A DNA stretch of 64,000 nucleotides, from positions 28,026,001 through 28,090,000 of the forward strand of contig NC_045697.1 in the NCBI RefSeq assembly GCF_009834535.1, written 5' to 3'. This document shows, in pieces, positions 55,088 through 64,000 of this stretch. The stretch's first letter is position 1. The number at the start of each line of letters is the position of its first letter. The notes beneath the pieces are model-generated. The model was not told the DNA's origin. It worked only from the letters and a program-made list of their open reading frames with translations, and made no database searches. The position numbers and the translations under genes are program-made. The stretch is from Camelus ferus (lineage: Eukaryota).

Positions 55088-56409
55088 ACACAGAGATCTT
55101 AAATTAGGCCCCCCTTTTCGGAACACAACTGCCTGAGTGACTGTATGTATGTTCCTTCCATCCTGGCCAACTTATCCTTTAAGACTCAGACTGTGTCCCC
55201 TCCTTCAGGAAGTCTTCCCTCACTTCTGTCTTCCTCCTTGATTTAGGTGCCCCTTGTCTGGGTTTCCCATAGCACTCCATTCATTAAGTCCACACACACT
55301 TATTGCATAATTTCTCTATCAGATACCAGTACTTGGAACTGGTACTCACACACTGGTGTATTGGGGTACAGGTAGGCCAACCTGCATCCCCAGAGGAGGG
55401 GGTGCCTACATGACAAGGGCTCATACAACCAGTTCCCAAGAGAGGTAGGATAACCCCCTCCTTCTCTTACCTCCCTACTGGTCCTCCCCTACTCTCCATC
55501 CCATGCAAACCGGCAGATTCTCTAGAATACAGCTTGTGTGAGTTCTATCTCTGATGGAATTTCTGGCACTAAAACATGTCATTCAAAAAGATCCTTTTTG
55601 CTCACATTGATCTAATTATTTTGTTAAAAAAGCAACAACTACTACTGAATAATGAATTTTTCTTCCTATATTAGCCTTTTATTTAGATAGCTGGAATAAA
55701 ATAGACAATTTTTAAAAACACCCTTTTTTTCTACTGAATTTTTCACTCTGAAAAAAATCTCACTATGATATAATCATTAAGCACGGTTGATTTGTTTTGA
55801 CATAGTGGAACTTTGTTATGATAAATTGCTTAAAAATAAAACTTACATTGTCCATTTGCCAAAATAGGAAGGAGAACAGAGATGATTTCCTGTCTCTCTG
55901 TGACTAATTTCAAGTAGAAAAATGTGTTTCGAACCCAGTAAGCAGAAAGGGACTTTCCAGGCACTTAGTTCACAGCCTTTTCTCATCAATATTTGGGTGT
56001 TTTGCATTGTAATTAATATCTTTCACCACAGGGCATCTTGATATGAGTTCAAAGAATTTAATGCTTTTAAATAATCTATTAAACAATTTACTTTTGATCT
56101 ATTTTATGAGCATTCAAAGCAAAAAGCTTCATTCTGTGCAGTTCCTCTCACAACTACCAAATAATTGAGTTCTTTAGACGTACCTTACTACCTGGGTAGA
56201 GACAAGAAAGCATTTGTGGTGTAGGAGTACTTGTGGTAGAGGAGTGCTGACAAGTATACACTCTAAGCGTGACTGGAACTCAAGAAATTCATGCTACAGA
56301 ACCCCATGCTAGAAGGAATTATGAGAAGCATTGGACAATCTTTTTTCCCTAAGAAAATGAATCTACTTTTACCTCCATAGAGAGAGATTCCATGATTAAG
56401 GTGCATCAG

Positions 56410-56640
56410 AGCAGAGGGTTAAGGGCATAAACTTTAAACCCAGACCACCTGAGTTCAAATCTCAACTCTGCCACTTAAATCTATGTGTCCTTGAGCAAGT
56501 TACTTAAACTCTCTTTGCCTTAATTTCTTCACCTTTAAATTGGGATGCTGATGAGAGAACTTACCTCCTAGTATTGTGAGGTAACATGAGATAACTGATA
56601 TATTCTTAGTGCTTAAAATAGTGCCTGGCACATAATTAGT
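56410..56640 (+). mobile_element. MIR
   Basis: cctgagttcaaatctcaactctgccactta...gagcaagttacttaaactctctttgcctt. Confidence 0.75.
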
Positions 56641-59600
56641 AGTAGTAGTATTAAACTGCTCACCAACTCTGACTTTAACCTTGGGCTATTTTGGCAGCCA
56701 TTGTATGAGCTTTGACTGCCCTAAAGCAACTGAAAAAATAATGCAAATATATATCTTTTAGTAGGAGTTGAGGAAGGCTCTCCCCAAATGAAGCTAGAGT
56801 TAAAAATGGTAGATAATCACTTTCAGAACCTTTGCCCATATATTTCCCTAGAGCAAACTACTTCCTTTCCAAACATGAATTTCAAGAGGAAAATAAACAT
56901 TTATAGATAACTGGAAAGAATTAAGGCTCCATATAAGGATGTAAACTGATGCCTGTCTTTACCAGATGCCAAATCCCTGAAAGGACTATCTCTGAAGCAA
57001 ATTTTTTAACCACACAAAGCAAATTGTCAGTTTAGGGGTGTGGGAAATGAAGATTTTTAAAGTCATTATTCTGTATTAAGCATGAGAGAGAGAGAGAGGA
57101 GAAAGGCAGGCTGTAGTTTATACTAAAAAGGAATTAAAATCAAAAGCAGACTGCATTACCCTGAACAAAGGAGACACTGTCTTATTCCCAGTTCTGTCAC
57201 TGAAAAGCTCTGTGATGTGACCTTGGGTGAAACCCTCATCTTCTAGAAGCTTCAGTTTCCTCAGCTGTAAAATCAGGGCATTGACCAGATGATCTATAAG
57301 ATTTCTTACAGCTCAGACATCCTATGACTTTATGAAATAAAGTAGATGTTAGATGCTGTATCTAGCAGGCAACAGAAACCAGCTCTGGAAACTAAAGCAG
57401 GAAAAAGATCTCTTTGCAAAGAGGTCACTGGTAGCTCATGGAGTCCAAGGGAAGGCTGGAGAGCCAGGCTCAGAACCAAGGCAGTTTGGTGGGTGTAGGG
57501 AGATACTGAGGTGTCTTAAAAGAGGAATAACTTAGCTGCTGGAATGAAGAAACTCAAATCGTTTTTTTTTTTTTCACCCTCATGTCACTATAAATGGAAG
57601 TCCTGAGATAGCTGGTCAAATTGGTCACATGACCCCCCCTTGACTAATGGGCAAGAAACCTAGATTTACAGTTTCATCGAGATATCATTCAATAGGCAAG
57701 AGGTAGTTCCCTAAGAGGAAAGTGGCATAAGATTTCAAAGGAAAGGTGGTGACCACCAGGCAGTTCTTCACTACAAATGGTGTGCCTGCCTTTGTAATAT
57801 CACACACTGACATCACTTTTCTATATGGAAACAGGTGGACTATTTTCACAGTCCATCTGCAAATAGACATGTCTTTGGAGGGAGCTAATAGCCCCATGAT
57901 GATATTGTAGACACCATCACGAAATGTGAGGCAATGACACATGCTTGACGAACAGCCTGAGCGTGCACTCCAGAATCGTTCTAGGGGTAGAAACAAGTCT
58001 GTGTTTTGTTTTTAGTCAGTTTCTCTCCGCACATCTCCTTGGAATTGAGGAGGAACATTCACAGAGGCACCCAACAGTCATTTCCTCTTCTTCCACGTAT
58101 ACAGAGCCCTGTTTTCATTCTGATGGTCAGTTCCTCTCCCCTCCTTGAGAACCAGGCAAATCTTGATCCTTCTCAACGAGTCATGATGGTCCCAATTCCC
58201 CTGTCATCAGTAGATTTAAGGGTGAGTCTGTGACCCAATTCTAGATGATCTGACACGAGGAGAAACCTTTCCAGGATGGGGCTCCTTATAAAGCTTTCTT
58301 TACTCTTAAAAAGGAATCGTGGTGTAAGACTGTGATGATTGCTGGTGCTGTGGCACCACCACTTAATACAAGCCTAAGAGGGGAAGCCTGAAGACAAAAG
58401 CCAACAAGTTGAAGATGGCAGAGGGGAAAAGGAGGGAGGAACCCAGGCACTTGGTGATGTGAGTTCTTGAGTTTCCCAGTTTGGAAAACACCCTATTCAG
58501 AACTTCTATTGGTTCTATAGGTAAGACAGTAAATCTTATAACTTATATCATTCCGGCTTGGGCTTTTTATTATTTGCAGATGAAAATATCTCAGCTGATA
58601 ACCCACAAAATACTCTCCCAGTCAGCAATAAATTTGTCTCCATAGTTCCCTCTGACAGCCTTAACTCTTGGGGGTGGGGGTGGGGAGTGGAATACCTCAT
58701 TCAAAGGATTTTGTAAAGTATTATTTTTTGCCAAATGTCCCCTGCTTCTATATGCCTACTTCATCTGCAAATCACAGAAGCTTCTAGACTACTCTATCTT
58801 TACTAAAGTACATGATTCCCAGTTCATAGAGGATTTTTAACTGTTTCTTTTGGTTGTCATATCTCTAGGTTAATCAACAACATACCTTATTTAGATTTTA
58901 AAAACGTAAGAACTTCCTTCCACTTGGTATCCTAAAATTGCCACTCATCAGAATAGCACCAATACTTGGAGATGGTTGAGAAAGATGTAGACAGGCAAAA
59001 AAAGAAGTAAAATTTAAAAAGAGACAGAGAAGGAAATAACAAGGTCAAATTATGGAAATTAAATGCCAGAAAATTGAGTCCAAGTCTTTATTCTACTGTA
59101 TTTTACATGAAGGGAAAGAAATACGGTTGGGAGAGTGAAAGATAGACAGACAGAAGGAGAAAGGAAGATGTAATTTATACAATATTTGTCTCTTGGGAAA
59201 TTTGGTTTTATTAAATTTAGAGTAGGTAGGTACAAAAGTATATTTTAAAACATGTAAGCTACATAGAATCATGACACAATGACTTCCATACACCTACCAC
59301 CAAGTTTATAAAAGAACATTACCATTGTGTTAGAAGTTCCTGGAATGTCGATGTCCAGCCCCATCCCCTTCCCCATCCCCTGAGAGCTAACCACTATGCT
59401 GAATTTACAGCCAACATCTGTCAAGCTCCATTACCAAGATGAGTATCTTAAGGGAGGAGTGGGCAGGGAGCTCTGGGTACCTGTCAGCTGGAGATGATGT
59501 GGTTCCCACTCTCACTCACAGTCTGTTGGGGAGACATACGTAAGTATAACTAGTGCGGTATGAGGCAGGATGTGAGAAGTACCCTGGCAAGAGGGTTAAA

Positions 59601-62024
59601 TCCCAGGGAAGCACAGTAAAGAGATATCATTCCATTTGGAGTCAGCAGGGGATGCTCCATGGACAAGGTAGACTATCTGCCTTTGAAGGGTGGAGACGAT
59701 TTCTGCAGATGGGAGGAAACGGGCAGATGCCACAGTCAGAAAAGAGGCAGAAGGAGCAAGGTGGTCTGAAGAATGACTGCTCCGTCCAGGATGACTAAGT
59801 ATTCAGGGTAGAGGGTGAGGGAAGTAGAATTTAAAACTAGGATGAAAGTCAAGTTTGAAGGGAATCCTCTGGAAAATGAAAATCTTTCTAGAAACCAGAA
59901 CTAACAGCTGTCAGTTTGGGCATTATTGTTTTTCCCACAAAGATCAGGAAGGTTGTCCTCTGTATCTGTTCTCTCCCTCTTTCCCTGCCCCACCGTCCCT
60001 CCCGCACGTGCATCAAATCATTTGCCAGGTGTCACCAATTCTTCATAGCCTCTCATCTACCTACCCCTCTTCCTACCACTCTGATTCCACTGTGTCTGCA
60101 GAGACTGGATGCAGGCAGCCTTCCAGCAGAGTGCCCTGATTCCTCTCTGCCCCTCCAATCTGCACCTGAATTCCTTCGCATGGCGGGCTGGGGTCCTGGC
60201 CACTCAGCAGGACACAGAGGGCAAAGAGGTGAGTGTGGGTCACAGCTGGGAAGGGAAGCCTGCGGTGAGAGCCACAGACACACGACGAAGCTGTAAGTCC
60301 TAGGGAGGGGATGCGAGGTGAGTCAACGTCAGACTGGGAGCTAGTTGAAAAGAGCAGAGTGTGCTAAACATCAGGCTCAGTGGTGCAGATTGGAAGCCAG
60401 GAATTACACCAGGCACCAAGGAGTTGGTTTCTATGGGACCCAGGTGGGCGGGGAGGAGAGCAGAACTGCCAGGCTAAGGGAGACACGCAGGACCAGCACC
60501 CATGCAGCAGTTCCGGGCAGAGGTCTCCTTCAAGGGCACGGTCCACCCAGCCTCCTCGCACCCCCAGGAGAGCACCGTGCTGGTGCTCTGAGCTGGAGCC
60601 CCTTTTCTCGGGCACCCCTTCCGAGCATCCTGCTCCCTTTTGTCCCATCTCTACCCTGCATTGCAAGTACTGGGAGCAGCAAGTTTTCGCAGTCCCAAAG
60701 ACCTCGACTAAATCCAAATATTAGTCCAGAGAGCAGGCAAATTGCTGAGCTTTCCTTGACCTCAGCTTCCTCGGGAGTGACGATACCTGTCTTGAGAGCA
60801 GTTGTGAGAAAGAAATAAGTATACATGGCATGTGCCTAATGTATGGGGTGGAAGGCTCAATAAATAGTCCTTTATCCAACAAATATTTATTAAATGCCTA
60901 CTGTGAGCCGAGCATTCTACCAGCTGCCAGAGATACTAGGGTGAGCAGAATCAGTCTAGAGAGGGAGCCAGACATTAGTTAACAACCATGAAAATAATTG
61001 TAAATGACAGATACGGAAAGAACCATGAGGGTTGAGAACATGTAAAACGGGAGATTTGACTTATACTAAGAGATCAGAAAAAGCCATCTTCTGGACCCTG
61101 CTTGATAGTGGCCCTCCTGAGAAGCTGTCCTGATTACCTGCAACTGGAAATGATTCCTTTGGCCTGTGAATTCCCAGCAGGAAGCTGGGAATGTTAATGA
61201 CATTTATCCTTTCGTCTAGTGTCACAACTAGCGGCACACGTGTGCTGTCTCCTCCACCACATCATAAGCTCCTTGTGGGCAGACAGTAGGCCAGCTACAT
61301 CTTTCAGTGCTTCACAGTTTCTGATAGAGTTTATTATTTTAATAAACAAGTGAAATTAGCTTCTAAAAGCTGCCACAATGTAACAGAACTTGAAGCTTAA
61401 TTTATGCCTTTTGTAAGCCAAGTTCCCACTGATTTCCAAGTCATTTGTCAGAACATAATAGGTGACATGCAAGGGAACAATAAGTTGGCTTCAGAGAAAT
61501 TGTGTAATATTGGTACCTGAGAGAATGTGACACCCCTAAATTCCTGCTGAATAATCCCAGACCTGAGCCTGACTCACCTATTAGTCAGGGGTACACAAAT
61601 AAGAAAAAGTGAGACTAGTAGAATTCCATTTGCCACATCGTCAATTCCTAAATTTTACAATTAGAATCTCAGTTTGTGATCTAACAAAAAAAAAAAAAAA
61701 GAAAGAAAATGGAATACCAAAAACACCTCTGTGTGCTGAACATGTGTTCCTGTTAGGTTGCTTAGTATCAAACCTGATCTTGCAGTTAAACTCTGCAAAT
61801 CTACTCAGATAAGCGATTTGAACCATATAATGATGTCAGGAGGTTAAGTTCCATCTTAACTCTGGGAAGGTATTCTTCTATTTTTCATAGTTAAAAACTG
61901 CCCTCTTGTCCAAGTTTTCACTGTAAATTAATAACTATAATTATTCTTGACATCCATCAAAACTATAAAAAGATGAAAGCCAAAAGAATCAGAGGAAACA
62001 TTGTATTGTTAGATTTAAATATTC

Positions 62025-62590
62025 AAGTATTTCACTTAAATTCCTTTTATTTTGGTATCTTTGAATTTTTAAAAAAATTCCAGTGCCAAAAGGAAGCAAT
62101 ATTTATAAATGCAAACAAATGTATAAACAAACAACCCTGGTCCTCTTAAGCAATTTGCCAAATAGAAATGGTCCATCTGAAAAGGCAAACCCATCAAATC
62201 AGGATCTACAATGTGGGTCAGTGAGAGGAGGGATTTTCCTCCTAACATTGTTTTTGGTTCCTCAAAATCAAAATCTTGGGGCTGTTGTAGGCTGTATAAA
62301 CATGGATAAACAAGGAGAGTAAGCATTCTTTTACTGTTTCCACCAGTTTCATCAGCTTGTTTTCCATGAGACTCATAATGGCTTCCTGAAAAAACTCATT
62401 CCTTTAATCTCCTGGGTCTAATGAGTGCTCTCGCGTTAGTTTCCGTCCACCAGTCAGCATTCCTACTGGTTCTATTGTGCATCCTCAGCTGGACCAAATG
62501 TTTACCAGTTACCTCATTCCCAAAACGAAAGTATGAGTACTCTTCAAAAGGGTTCAGTCTAGATTGTCCAGAGGAAATCATAGAGATTGT
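62025..62590 (-). other. Candidate terminal (3'UTR) exon of a convergent gene, possibly TMEM156
   Basis: - strand poly-T tract then aatcttcag|A acceptor at 62590 (second AG option at 62647); - strand AATAAA at 62051-62046; TMEM156 is the recalled convergent neighbour in human; no coding match seen. Confidence 0.35.
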
Positions 62591-62702
62591 CTGAAGATTA
62601 AAAAAAAAAAAAAAGGCAAATATGATTCACACAAAAATCTTGTTAACCTGAAAATAATTAGTGGAAAACAATTTTAAAAACATTTATTAAAACTGTGTCT
62701 TA

Positions 62703-62987
62703 CAGACACAGTAAACAAACTTACGGTTACCAGAGGGGAAAGAGGTCAGGAAGAGATAAATTGGGAGTTCGAGATTTGCAAATACTAACTACTATATACA
62801 AAACAGATAAACAACAAGTTTCTTCTGTATAGCCCAGGGAACTATATTCAATATCTTGCAGTAACCTATAATGAAAAAGACTATGAAAACAAGCATATGG
62901 ATGTATATGTAGACTGAAACATTATGCTGTACACCAGAAATCGACACATTGTAAACTGACTATGTCAATAAAGAAAAATTTTTCTAA
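62703..62987 (+). mobile_element. L1 3' end
   Basis: Perfect 14-bp TSD aaaactgtgtctta (62689-62702, 62988-63001). Confidence 0.9.
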
Positions 62988-64000
62988 AAAACTGTGTCTT
63001 ATAACATCACCCTAAAACTTCCTAAAGTCACTGATTAAGGGCTCTTTCCAATGCAATGGAGCCTCATTTACATCCCCAAGAAGACAGGGAGGTTAGTGGT
63101 GGGTGGTACACGTCTCAGCTAGGACCCAGGAAACCTAGGGTTTCCTCTTGCCTCTGCCACTACATATTTTGGCTTATTTTCCACTTTTATAAAATGAAAG
63201 TGAAAGTGTTCACACAGGTTTCTTTGGTTGTAACAGTCCATGATTCTAGTAGAAAGATACAGAAGTTGAGATTTATTTATTCACTCGACAAATACTTATT
63301 GGACATCTATTAAATGCTAAGCAACATGTCCTCTGAATGAGGATTTCCCCATTTTGCTCCCCAAGTCCCCCATGAGTGCTTCTATCATGTTAACTTGACG
63401 CTCGGTTGGAATTGGGGGTTCCCTAATCTGATTCACCACTGACTACATGTTTTTTTGCCAATGAGTAGCAGAATTCTTGGCACACAGTAGGTGCTCAAAA
63501 AGCATGTAGTGAATGAACAGAGGAGAGCTCTTCATGTGCAAGGTTGAACGTCCCAGAATGAGGACTAGAATGAGAAGTATCAAGCATAATATCCAGGAAC
63601 GTTTCACTAAAACAATTCTATGATGACATCATATTCGCCCTAGGAATTTCTGAGCCAACAGCAGATCCTGAGCTCTAAGGAAGCCCTGCCTCTCTCTAGT
63701 CCTAAGCACAAAGGTATCCTTGGCACTTAGTTTCCAGTTTGATGCATTGAGCCACCTATGCTGAAAACCTTTGGTTGCCTTTCCAGATCTGCTCTCTCCT
63801 TTTGTTCACCATGCTTGGTGATCTGGGAGGCCATTCTATATGAACTGTCTCAGTCTAGCTTGTGTCCTGTCGCTCTGGGTGGGTTGGGCCAGTGCGGAGT
63901 ACTACAGTGGGAAAAAGGAGTTCAGCCACATTGGGACATTGATTCTCTCTCCTCAGGGCAACCACAGGCTGTCGTGTCCATGACCAAAGGCCCCAGCAGC

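Noticed and set aside
60345..60826. Overlapping 98-157 aa ORFs in a GC-rich patch
   Set aside because: No recognisable domain or splice context; long ORFs on both strands are expected from stop-poor GC-rich DNA.
63385..63430. - strand QIREPPIPTERQV as the TMEM156 C-terminus (recalled ...QEVLPPIPEL*)
   Set aside because: Only PPIP matches, with no stop at the expected place and no upstream similarity; likely chance.

Overview
Mammalian genomic DNA, probably camelid (inferred from a Vic-1-like tRNA-Ala-derived SINE and a recurring family of short L1 3' ends). The + strand carries the last 12 coding exons of FAM114A1 (NOXP20) at 246-43941. They splice GT-AG into 447 codons plus stop with consistent phases; the start exon lies upstream of the window. 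A 3'UTR and a repeat-rich intergenic region follow, with a possible terminal exon of the convergent neighbour TMEM156 near 62 kb. The main unexpected signal is a heavily decayed Toll-like-receptor-like gene on the - strand (~3790-6770) in the first FAM114A1 intron in the window. Manual translation gives, in order, a signal-peptide-like segment, several LRRs, LRR-CT, a transmembrane segment and a TIR domain, all broken by stops, frameshifts, a MIR and an MLT1 LTR. Other observations: an L1 whose target-site duplication copies a FAM114A1 splice donor, a triple tandem acceptor, two 5'-inverted L1s (one with an apparent 3' transduction), a solo ERV1-type LTR and a MER53 hairpin. All family assignments come from recalled sequences, not database searches.
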